Below are positions 8,966 through 16,673 of a DNA stretch of 32,000 nt, one piece after another. Location: the NCBI RefSeq assembly GCF_000146505.1, contig NC_017448.1:690001-722000 (forward strand). The letters are read 5' to 3'. Below the pieces are notes generated by a model. It was given only the letters and a program-made list of their open reading frames with translations. It made no database searches and was not told the origin of the DNA. Position numbers and translations under genes: made by a program. How positions within the stretch are numbered: the stretch's first letter is position 1; each line of letters starts with the position of its first letter. This DNA is from Fibrobacter succinogenes subsp. succinogenes S85. Lineage in GTDB: Bacteria; Fibrobacterota; Fibrobacteria; Fibrobacterales; Fibrobacteraceae.

Positions 8966-8986
8966 CCTTTTCTACCACCTATTATT

Positions 8987-10063
8987 ATGCAACTTTCGCT
9001 TAAAAAGAAACTCGCTCTCGAAGCTTATCGTCTTTACCGCCACAACGAAATCAAGGCACACCCGCTCACATACTTTTTCTGGGAATGCACACTCCGCTGC
9101 AACTTGCACTGTTTGCACTGCGGTAGCGACTGCGTCAAGGACGCCATCCCCGATATGCCCCGCGAAGACTTTATGGCCGTGCTCGACAAGCTCACCCCGC
9201 ACATTGACCCGAAGCACTTTATCGTGGTGATTACCGGCGGCGAACCGCTCATGCGCCCGGACCTCGAAGAATGTGGCCAAGAAATCAAGAAGCGCGGCTA
9301 CCCCTGGGGCATGGTCACGAACGGTCTTGCAATGACTCCCGAGCGCTACACGCGCCTTTTGAACGCAGGGCTCCGCTCGCTCACCATCAGCCTCGATGGT
9401 CTCGAAGCAAGCCACAACCATTTCCGTGGCGACCCGCATAGTTTTGAACGAGCCCTCCGCGCCATCGACATGGCGGCCCACACGCAAGGACTCACCTTCG
9501 ACGTGATGACCTGTGTGAACCGCGAAAACCTCAAGGAACTCCCGAAAATCTTGGACATGCTTTTGAAAATCGGTGTGAAGCGCTGGCGCGTTGCGACCGT
9601 ATTCCCCAAAGGCCGCGCCAAGGACAATCCGCTGTTCCAACTTACGAACCAGGAATTCCGCCAAGTGTTCGACTTTATCCGCGAAGTAAAATCGATGAAC
9701 GTCATCAACGTGAATTACGGCTGCGAAGGATTCCTCGGCAGCTACGAGAAAGACGCACGCAATTACCCGTTCTTCTGCCGCGCAGGCGTAAACGTCTCTT
9801 CCGTGCTCTGCGACGGAAGTATCTCGGCTTGCCCGAGCTTGCGCGGCGACTACATCCAAGGAAACATCTACAAGGACGACATTTGGGACGTGTGGCAGAA
9901 CCGCTACCAAGTGATGCGCGACCGCAGTTGGGCAAAAATCGGCGACTGCAAGACCTGCAAGTACTGGCGCTACTGCGAAGGCTCCAGCCTGCACCTCAGA
10001 GACGAGAAAACAAAAGAGCTCGCCTACTGCCATGTGCAGCGATTAGAGGCTGCTGGGGCATAA
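8987..10063 (+). CDS. radical SAM enzyme with SPASM/twitch-type C-terminal Cys cluster
   Basis: The 358-aa ORF has CNLHCLHC (C-x3-C-x2-C), GGEPLM and TNG motifs. The C-terminus has CRAG-x9-C...C and CKTCKYWRYC (C-x2-C-x5-C). It lies 21 nt after lipoprotein C. Confidence 0.88.
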   Translation: MQLSLKKKLALEAYRLYRHNEIKAHPLTYFFWECTLRCNLHCLHCGSDCVKDAIPDMPREDFMAVLDKLTPHIDPKHFIVVITGGEPLMRPDLEECGQEIKKRGYPWGMVTNGLAMTPERYTRLLNAGLRSLTISLDGLEASHNHFRGDPHSFERALRAIDMAAHTQGLTFDVMTCVNRENLKELPKILDMLLKIGVKRWRVATVFPKGRAKDNPLFQLTNQEFRQVFDFIREVKSMNVINVNYGCEGFLGSYEKDARNYPFFCRAGVNVSSVLCDGSISACPSLRGDYIQGNIYKDDIWDVWQNRYQVMRDRSWAKIGDCKTCKYWRYCEGSSLHLRDEKTKELAYCHVQRLEAAGA

Positions 10064-10102
10064 TATTACAATGTCTCCCCGTCCCCATAACCAATAAAAA
10101 CA

Positions 10103-10135
10103 AAAGACGCCCGATCCAAAGAACCGAGCGTCTTT
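10103..10135. terminator. bidirectional hairpin between convergent genes
   Basis: aaagacgc (10103-10110) pairs with gcgtcttt (10128-10135). It is A-rich upstream and T-containing downstream. It sits between the radical SAM stop (10063) and the minus-strand lipoprotein stop (10157). Confidence 0.5.
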
Positions 10136-10156
10136 CAATTTCAAACGTATTCCGAA

Positions 10157-11059
10157 TTACTTGGCTTCGAAATAGTAAGTCTGGAGAGTCTTTCCGTCCT
10201 GGGAGAGCTGGATAATCTGCTTGCCCTTCGGGAGGTTGCCAGAAATCTTGTAGAGGTTTTCAGCAACGTATTCGACCTTGAGATCGGTTGCCTTGTCCTT
10301 GACCGGGAACACGCCCTTCGTTTCGCCTGCGCCAAAGCCCTTGCAGTCCTTGTGAGAAGCGATCGGAGCGACGACAGCCGGATAGGTCTTAGCAGTGATT
10401 GCGGTAGACACGGAAGAAGAGTTGTGGTAGAACACTTCGAGTTTGCCTTCGACGACTCGCGGATCCGGGAGGTTCGTCACAGCAGCTGCGACCTGAGCGA
10501 CCGGAGCGGCCTTCCTAGCCTTCTTGCCCTTCTTGCCTTTCTTCTTGACACCAATCTTTTCAGCAAGGCTTGCCTTTGCATCACCAGCCTGCTGCTGCGG
10601 CATAGTCAAGCGGTAACCAGCAATGGATTCATCGCAGTTCGTGGAGTAGACAACCCACTTGTTATCGATCTTGAGCGGGCCTTCCGGAGTACCCTGGTAC
10701 AGACCCGGATCAACCTGGGCGCTGTAAATGTAAAGAATGAGAGAAGCGTTCGGATTCTGTTCCGTCGTTTCAATCTTCATACGGGTCTTCACGTACTTGG
10801 AACGACCTGCATAAACTCTATAAGCGCCAACCGGAACCTTGACGAACTTGAACTTGCCCTTGCGGAGTTCCTGGTTGAATTCGTACTTCTTGGAAAGAGT
10901 GGTGTAAATCGTGGAGTCCATACCGACGGTCGGCATTTCCAACGGCTTGTTGGTGAAAGCATCACGAACTTCACCTTCGATGGTACCAGTCTTACCGTTA
11001 TCGCAACCAGTCATAGCAAGAGCGATGATGGCAGCGGCACAAATGCTAAGTTTTTTCAT
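10157..11059 (-). CDS. lipoprotein with N-terminal carboxypeptidase-regulatory-like fold and a Lys-rich insert
   Basis: The 300-aa ORF has the signal/lipobox MKKLSICAAAIIALAMTGC. The segment GTIEGEVRDAFTNKPL resembles the start of a CarboxypepD_reg-like beta-sandwich. It has an internal KKKGKKGKKARKAAP tract and a GAGGAC SD upstream. Confidence 0.7.
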   Translation of the reverse strand: MKKLSICAAAIIALAMTGCDNGKTGTIEGEVRDAFTNKPLEMPTVGMDSTIYTTLSKKYEFNQELRKGKFKFVKVPVGAYRVYAGRSKYVKTRMKIETTEQNPNASLILYIYSAQVDPGLYQGTPEGPLKIDNKWVVYSTNCDESIAGYRLTMPQQQAGDAKASLAEKIGVKKKGKKGKKARKAAPVAQVAAAVTNLPDPRVVEGKLEVFYHNSSSVSTAITAKTYPAVVAPIASHKDCKGFGAGETKGVFPVKDKATDLKVEYVAENLYKISGNLPKGKQIIQLSQDGKTLQTYYFEAK

Positions 11060-11079
11060 TTTGCGTCCTCAGGGTTAAA

Positions 11080-11109
11080 TAAGAGAAAAGCCTCCCTAGT
11101 TAGGGAGGC
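11080..11109 (-). terminator. rho-independent terminator after L31
   Basis: A perfect 9-bp stem gcctcccta/tagggaggc (11090-11109) is followed on the minus strand by TTTTCTCTT. Confidence 0.7.
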
Positions 11110-11126
11110 CCCAAAATTTAAGAAGA

Positions 11127-11399
11127 TTAAGCTTCTTCTTCAGCCTTGACCGGAGCAGCCTTGCGAGTCTTACGCTTTGCAGAGGTGATGTTAGCACCGC
11201 CGCCATAGCGCTTGTTGAAGCTGTCGATACGGCCAGCCGTATCCACGCGATGCTGCTTGCCCGTCCAGAACGGATGGGTATCAGCAGTGATTTCCAAGGA
11301 AATCACGTTATATTCAACACCATCGATAGTCTTCTTTTCGGCGGAAGACTTCGTGGAGCGGGTGATGTATTCTTTACCCGTATTCGCATCGACGAACAC
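11127..11399 (-). CDS. rpmE: 50S ribosomal protein L31, Cys-less type B. Coordinates run from the first canonical start (GTG), but homology continues upstream to 11432.
   Basis: The motifs ITRST...HPFWTGKQ...VDTAGRIDSFNKRYG are L31 hallmarks. No CxxC pairs are present, so it is type B. Upstream in-frame codons encode KEGIHPNYQPV (the L31 N-terminus), but no start codon sits at the expected place (see findings). Confidence 0.8.
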   Translation of the reverse strand: MFVDANTGKEYITRSTKSSAEKKTIDGVEYNVISLEITADTHPFWTGKQHRVDTAGRIDSFNKRYGGGANITSAKRKTRKAAPVKAEEEA

Positions 11400-11532
11400 G
11401 ACCGGTTGATAATTAGGGTGGATACCTTCTTTATTATAAAACTTCCTGTGAAGTAATTGTTGAGAGCCTAAAATTTAGTTGTTTTTTAGGATTTTGGCAA
11501 GTTGCAACCTCATTTTTAGTATTTTTTATAGC

Positions 11533-12117
11533 ATGAAATCTTTATTGTTGCTCAGTTCTTTGCTTTTGATTGCCTGTGGAAACGACCACCCGACTGCCAA
11601 AATTGTCGAGGTGAACAAGCGCATGGTGCTCGAAGAATGGCCTGACAGCAACTACATCGCCTCGCTGGACTCCATTTTGAAGCTCGAACCGGTCAAAAAA
11701 GGCAAAGATACCGCCGACGTGAGCCTCAAGATGAACGCATTCAAGGCGCCGACATTCAAGCTCCCGCCGTCCGTCACCGGGAAGAGCACTAGCCGCAAAT
11801 CCGGGCTGAGCAAACCGCCGAAACAGGTCAAGCAAGCTGCAGAAGCCTCCAAGCCGAGCAACAACGCAGAAAATTTCGTCGCCAAGTTCTCGAACGCGCT
11901 CTCCGCCTTGCAGTCCGACCCCTCGAACAAGGGTCTTTACAAGGTCGTTACCGCTAACGACGGCGAAGACCTGTTCAAGCTCCTCCGCAGAACGTATGGC
12001 GCAGGCACACAGAACCTCCCCCGCTTCTACGTGCTTTCGGCCCTCCAGTCCGTGAACCCGGGCGTCATGCTCGAGCACCTCAACGCCGGCGACAAAGTCC
12101 GCGTTCCGCGACTATAG
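11533..12117 (+). CDS. lipoprotein with C-terminal LysM-like domain
   Basis: I chose the internal ATG at 11533, which gives MKSLLLLSSLLLIAC (signal plus lipobox). The C-terminal YKVVTANDGEDLFKLLRRTYG...LNAGDKVRVP fits the LysM pattern. The track ORF start at 11479 adds a non-signal extension. Confidence 0.7.
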   Translation: MKSLLLLSSLLLIACGNDHPTAKIVEVNKRMVLEEWPDSNYIASLDSILKLEPVKKGKDTADVSLKMNAFKAPTFKLPPSVTGKSTSRKSGLSKPPKQVKQAAEASKPSNNAENFVAKFSNALSALQSDPSNKGLYKVVTANDGEDLFKLLRRTYGAGTQNLPRFYVLSALQSVNPGVMLEHLNAGDKVRVPRL

Positions 12118-12199
12118 TTTTGCTTTTTTCAAAAGCATTTTTCTAGAACAGCGTCTTCACACCGAAACCTAGCACACCGTCTAGGTAATCGCACATATT
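12118..12199. repeat. diverged direct repeat of 12361-12442 (3' end plus downstream hairpin of the Omp85-family gene)
   Basis: By-eye alignment shows about 82 nt at about 85-88% identity, offset by exactly 243 bp. It includes the hairpin gctttt-ttc-aaaagc. Confidence 0.85.
12143..12199 (-). pseudogene. orphan 3' fragment of an Omp85-family gene (encodes ...NMCDYLDGVLGFGVKTLF*)
   Basis: Minus-strand translation gives the identical last 16 residues of the intact gene ending at 12386. The frame is closed by a TAG at 12233-12235, and there is no start or N-terminal part. Confidence 0.75.
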
Positions 12200-12385
12200 G
12201 GATGCAATTATTATTGCTGTTAGTGAGATGTTCTATAAAAAAGAACCGAATGATTAACAGAGTGAGAACATAGCGTCGGCCAAGGATGGGGAGGGTGCAG
12301 GGAGGGGCCCGTGCGGCCTTCGCAACTCCGAGCTGGGGCCCCGCCCGCATGACGTACTTTTTTTGCTTTTTTCAAAAGCTTTTTT

Positions 12386-13771
12386 CTAGAACAGCGTCTT
12401 CACACCAAAGCCAAGCACACCGTCCAAATAATCGCACCCATTGCGGAGCGCATAGTAAATGCTAAAGCTCCAGGACTTGCGGTACTGCGTAAACCCGATA
12501 CCATAATCGTGTTCACTAGCCCACCCGTGGAACGGCTTCATCCGCCTATAAAGCCCCGGCTGGAAGAAAAGCTCAATCGACAAATCGTAGCCATCCTGCC
12601 ATAAGAACGCGGCCTGCGAAAAACCGTACGCCCGCGTCCGCATAAAACCATACATCATCCCCTTGAACGAGTTGATGCCTCCCAGACTAAACAAGTCCTC
12701 ACGCGCAAACGCACCACCCGACGGGAGCATAGCGCCAGCCGCCGCTGAATACCGCACAATAAAGTTCTTCCACAGCGGCAAATAATACACAAGCGACGAC
12801 TGCAGACGCAAATAGCTATCGAGTGAATCCGGGCGATCCATCATCCACGCAAGCGACAAATCCACCGACATTCCGCTTCGAGGCAAAACGCTCCGGTCAA
12901 ACGAAATGTATGAAAGTTCCAGCGTTGAACTTTTCTCGTCATTGCCAATGCCCACAAACGCAGCAACATCAAAGCTAAAGCCAATGTTCCGCGACACGCC
13001 CAGTTCCAGCCGCGAATTGCGTGACAGCGAATCGTCCTCAAAGAATCCTCGCACAACGACATCCCATGACGTTCCAAAGATAAACCGTTCGCGATACAAG
13101 CCTTCCAACCGGCGGGAATCACTCTGCGAATAGCCTTCCATCTGCAAATCGCGCCCAGTCCCCAAGATGTTGTACAAGTCAAGATTGATCTTACCTTCCC
13201 AGACATTATCATCGCTCGAATACGTGAGGAAACCTTCCGCCGCAGAAATCGGGACCGCCCGCATGGAATACGCCGGTATAATGCGGTTGCGCACCGGATC
13301 GCGGAACAAGCGCACATCGGCGGTCTTCTCGTAATAGCCCAATCGCGCCATCTTGCGTTCAGAACGTTCCAAATCCGAAAGCGAAACTTTTCCACCAAGT
13401 TCAAGCCCCGTCAAACGCGCAAAGACATCGACATCGGTCGCCCCGGAATCAAGATTTTCCGGTCTTGCCCACACCCATGCGCTACCACGTACAAACTCGC
13501 AACGCATGACGCCAGCACTGTCCACAGCCACCTGCAATTTTGCCCCAAGGAATCCCTTATCCTCGTAATACCGCAACAATTTCTGTTTTGCGCCACGCCA
13601 GGAATCACAAGGCGCCCCGACAACATCATTCATCGAGAGTTCTTCAAATTCGCTATGGTCACCCACCCATTCCACACGCACAATACGGCATTCTGAGGCA
13701 CAGCACAAAACCGCACCCAACAAGAGTACCGCCACAACGCAGAACAAAGTATTTTGCCACCACAACTTCAT
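12386..13771 (-). CDS. Omp85/BamA-family outer-membrane protein (POTRA plus surface-antigen barrel)
   Basis: The 461-aa ORF has a signal peptide. A POTRA-like N-terminal part (YYEDKGFLGAKL) is followed by the barrel start NLDLYNILGTGRDL typical of D15/Omp85 proteins. The C-terminal residue is Phe. The start lies 1 nt after the upstream stop. Confidence 0.75.
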   Translation of the reverse strand: MKLWWQNTLFCVVAVLLLGAVLCCASECRIVRVEWVGDHSEFEELSMNDVVGAPCDSWRGAKQKLLRYYEDKGFLGAKLQVAVDSAGVMRCEFVRGSAWVWARPENLDSGATDVDVFARLTGLELGGKVSLSDLERSERKMARLGYYEKTADVRLFRDPVRNRIIPAYSMRAVPISAAEGFLTYSSDDNVWEGKINLDLYNILGTGRDLQMEGYSQSDSRRLEGLYRERFIFGTSWDVVVRGFFEDDSLSRNSRLELGVSRNIGFSFDVAAFVGIGNDEKSSTLELSYISFDRSVLPRSGMSVDLSLAWMMDRPDSLDSYLRLQSSLVYYLPLWKNFIVRYSAAAGAMLPSGGAFAREDLFSLGGINSFKGMMYGFMRTRAYGFSQAAFLWQDGYDLSIELFFQPGLYRRMKPFHGWASEHDYGIGFTQYRKSWSFSIYYALRNGCDYLDGVLGFGVKTLF

Positions 13772-13772
13772 A

Positions 13773-16667
13773 CTAGAAAAACGCCTTCGCCTCGCTCGTC
13801 AGTTTTTGGAACACGTTTTCCTCGGCATCGCCGAAGCGTAAAATATACCGGAGCGAAAACGACAAGAAATGGTTCACCTCCACCGACACCATCGTCTCAA
13901 GCCTGTACGTCACCCCATTACCAAAACCGGACATCATCTGGTATGGGATAGCACCTTCATGCGTATCCATCTGGATTGAAGCAAACGAAACATGCGCATC
14001 GACAACGCCCTCTTTCTCATAACCGACACGGAGTTCCTCTTCCCAGAGATGTGCCCCAAAAGATTCTTCCATATCATCTTCGCCAGAGCCTTCCCTGTAG
14101 CGCACACGCGGCGAGAGGCTAAAGCCTGCCGGCAATTTCCAAGTGTATCGGCCCGTAATTTCCCAGATATTCCAGTCCAGTTTTTGTAGCGCCGTCAAAT
14201 GAACTTTTTCAAAAGTGTTATCGACACCCACGTAATGACTCTCATTTATATTAAAACTGGCTCTAAGACTATGGTCAAACATGTCCTGGAAATAACCGAT
14301 CGAAGACATCTTCTTTTCATAGCTCGCACTCGGATTGTACGATGCCGAGATTCCCGACGGATGGTCCCACGCAAGGCTAGCATCCCACGAAACCGTTCCC
14401 GCCGTCATGCGACGCAACGCCGCCGAATAAACCGGAGGGAAATAAATCTTCTCGCCCGTCGTATCCTCGGCTTCGGAATGGTACGATGCACTCAACGTGA
14501 TATCGCGCAGCAACCCCTGATTAACGCCAAGCGAAACGCCCGGATTCCATTCCAGTGAAGCTTCAAAAGATGCATTCGACGAAAGTACAGCCCCTACAGA
14601 ATCGTTACGGCCCATGCCTTCATAGACAAAATCACCATTATCCACGCCCTCGATAAACGTTCCCGTAAGGCTATCGTAACGCACATCGCCCGTTCCCTTC
14701 GCCACCGCCTTGTAAATCGCCGTATAAGTCTGCTCCGATGTCATCCCGAAACGGTAAGCAATCGAGCCCTGCACACCCATATCGTCATCACCAAAATTTG
14801 TCGTCAAGTCCCCCACCCAGGAATCCGAAGCGCCCAGCGAATCCGTCACCGCATGGGAATATTGCAACAAGTGCGACAGACTGAAGTTATGGAAATTAGC
14901 CTCTGCCGACTGCGTCCACGTCACAAGATTCACGGAATCGCGCCAACCCTCGCGACGAGAAAGCCCATCCGCGCGATCCGTCAAATCGTGTTTGCGCACG
15001 GTGAGCGTCCCGACCGATTCCTTCACGTTCCACAAGTCATCGTTCAAAGTCGCCCCAACGGCAGTCTTTGCATAACCACGCTCCGACTTATACCCCAACG
15101 AATCGCGCACAGAATAGCGCACATCGCCACTGCCAAACGGCCTAAAGAATCCACGCAAGAATTCCGAGGAGAACGTTCCCTGATAACGCTTCTGTTCCAC
15201 CTCTTGCGCACTTGAAACATACGAAGCCGTAAATTCGCTTTTCGCGTCCAGACCGCGATGCACAAGCGACAACTGCGATCGCGAAGAATTCCAGCGTTCA
15301 TCATCGCCACGACGGTATCCCCACTTCGCTGTACCAAACCAGTCCTTGCCCAAGCGGATACGGAGCGCAAGTTCATCATAGCGCAAATCGCCACTCAGTT
15401 TTGCACTGTCCAAATCCCACTCGTTACGGAGCGCATACGCATCCCAATCCCTATCGCGCCCGCCAAATTCAGATATCGCAAAACCTTCCTGAACGTAATT
15501 GCCATAGACCGAAAGCGCAACCGGGAACGTATTCATGTTCTGCGTTGAGTCCGTCGTCACATACCACCTAAACGCACGACCACTCGGCCCACCAACATTT
15601 TTTGAGACCGTATTGGAATCCATGCGATTTAAGCCCAGTTCCACATCGGCGTAAAAACGGTGTTCCGCCTGCAAGCGAAGACGAGCCCCCAAGCGTTCCG
15701 ACATTTTTGGGCGGTGCAAATCCTGATTCAGCGAATCCTTCAATTCCCCGCCACGGTCATTTTTCAAACGTTCATAATCCGCACTGTCTAGCGTACTTTT
15801 ACGCATGCGGTCCACATCATTTTCCAAGTGGAATCCGGACACGTCAAAGAAAACATTTTCAAAACGCAGACTTCCACGAGCCGCGTACATCGTGTAAATA
15901 TCGTCATTCAAGTACGCATCGTATTCCACAAAAACTTCATCATCTGAGCCAGGGATAATCCCGTTCTTAAAGTCCAAAAGGCCACCGGCATAATTCACCT
16001 CGTAATCACGATTACGCACAAGTTCTACGCCATTCAACCAAACTCGTTCGGAATTCGGTACAACAGAAACAAACGATCCCGATTCATCCAGATGGTATCC
16101 ATCGCGCTGTCCCTGCACACCGCTAAACGAGCGCGAATAACGAGTCACCTCGTCCGTACCCCATGCCCCGCTCACCTCGGAACCGCGATAACGCAACGTC
16201 GCCATAGCCCCTAGCGTTGAACGGCTGAACGACGTAAACGCCATGGAATTATCGGTCCACGTAAAATCTCCCAAGTGAAGCATCGCATACGGAGACTCCA
16301 CACGGAAATAAATCTGGTCCACATCCTGGAGAGTTGCGGTTGTCTGGTCTCCCGCCTTGCGGTCCACATCAGACAAAAGAGCATCAATATAAACGCTATC
16401 GGCAAGGCGCCCCTGAATTGAGAGCCGCAGTTCCTGATCAACCTGCGTACCGCCATCGCCCACAGTCACCTGCATCGTCTTGTAACCGTGCGTTTCAATT
16501 TCTGCACGCGAAGAATCTTCAGCCTGCGCGCTATTCAAAGCTGCGCCCGGCGCATTTTCCAAAGCATTTTTTGCAAGAATTGAAGGATCCCAAACCGGGA
16601 GCGAATCCACATCCAAAGCAAAGGCTAAGCTGGCAAACAGCAGGCCCAGACAAGGAATAGACCGCAT
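13773..16667 (-). CDS. large predicted outer-membrane beta-barrel protein, function unknown
   Basis: The 964-aa ORF has the signal peptide MRSIPCLGLLFASLAFA. Alternating-hydrophobicity, Gly/Tyr/Ser/Asp-rich segments run throughout. The C-terminal ...EAKAFF is an OMP beta-signal with terminal Phe. Confidence 0.65.
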   Translation of the reverse strand: MRSIPCLGLLFASLAFALDVDSLPVWDPSILAKNALENAPGAALNSAQAEDSSRAEIETHGYKTMQVTVGDGGTQVDQELRLSIQGRLADSVYIDALLSDVDRKAGDQTTATLQDVDQIYFRVESPYAMLHLGDFTWTDNSMAFTSFSRSTLGAMATLRYRGSEVSGAWGTDEVTRYSRSFSGVQGQRDGYHLDESGSFVSVVPNSERVWLNGVELVRNRDYEVNYAGGLLDFKNGIIPGSDDEVFVEYDAYLNDDIYTMYAARGSLRFENVFFDVSGFHLENDVDRMRKSTLDSADYERLKNDRGGELKDSLNQDLHRPKMSERLGARLRLQAEHRFYADVELGLNRMDSNTVSKNVGGPSGRAFRWYVTTDSTQNMNTFPVALSVYGNYVQEGFAISEFGGRDRDWDAYALRNEWDLDSAKLSGDLRYDELALRIRLGKDWFGTAKWGYRRGDDERWNSSRSQLSLVHRGLDAKSEFTASYVSSAQEVEQKRYQGTFSSEFLRGFFRPFGSGDVRYSVRDSLGYKSERGYAKTAVGATLNDDLWNVKESVGTLTVRKHDLTDRADGLSRREGWRDSVNLVTWTQSAEANFHNFSLSHLLQYSHAVTDSLGASDSWVGDLTTNFGDDDMGVQGSIAYRFGMTSEQTYTAIYKAVAKGTGDVRYDSLTGTFIEGVDNGDFVYEGMGRNDSVGAVLSSNASFEASLEWNPGVSLGVNQGLLRDITLSASYHSEAEDTTGEKIYFPPVYSAALRRMTAGTVSWDASLAWDHPSGISASYNPSASYEKKMSSIGYFQDMFDHSLRASFNINESHYVGVDNTFEKVHLTALQKLDWNIWEITGRYTWKLPAGFSLSPRVRYREGSGEDDMEESFGAHLWEEELRVGYEKEGVVDAHVSFASIQMDTHEGAIPYQMMSGFGNGVTYRLETMVSVEVNHFLSFSLRYILRFGDAEENVFQKLTSEAKAFF

Positions 16668-16673
16668 ACAAAA

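Noticed and set aside
8972-10033. 353-aa minus-strand ORF antisense to the radical SAM gene. The same situation occurs at 10352-11149, 17475-18479, 23759-24619, 25303-26010, 26261-26791, 28957-29922 and 30271-30930.
   Set aside because: In each case the opposite strand encodes a protein with recognisable conserved motifs, while the antisense translation is compositionally odd (Ala/Val/His/Arg-rich) and lacks an SD or start context.
10499-11163. Near-identical 15-mer (gaccggagc[ga]gcctt) encoding RKAAPV in both the L31 tail (11149-11163) and the adjacent lipoprotein Lys-rich insert (10499-10513)
   Set aside because: The match is short and lies in Lys/Ala-rich low-complexity coding sequence. 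It is most likely coincidence or micro-conversion, and no functional inference is justified.
12129-12350. 73-aa minus-strand ORF in the duplicated region downstream of the Omp85 gene
   Set aside because: It is out of frame with the conserved orphan 3' fragment and crosses the GC-rich filler. It has no SD and a composition unlike the neighbouring genes.
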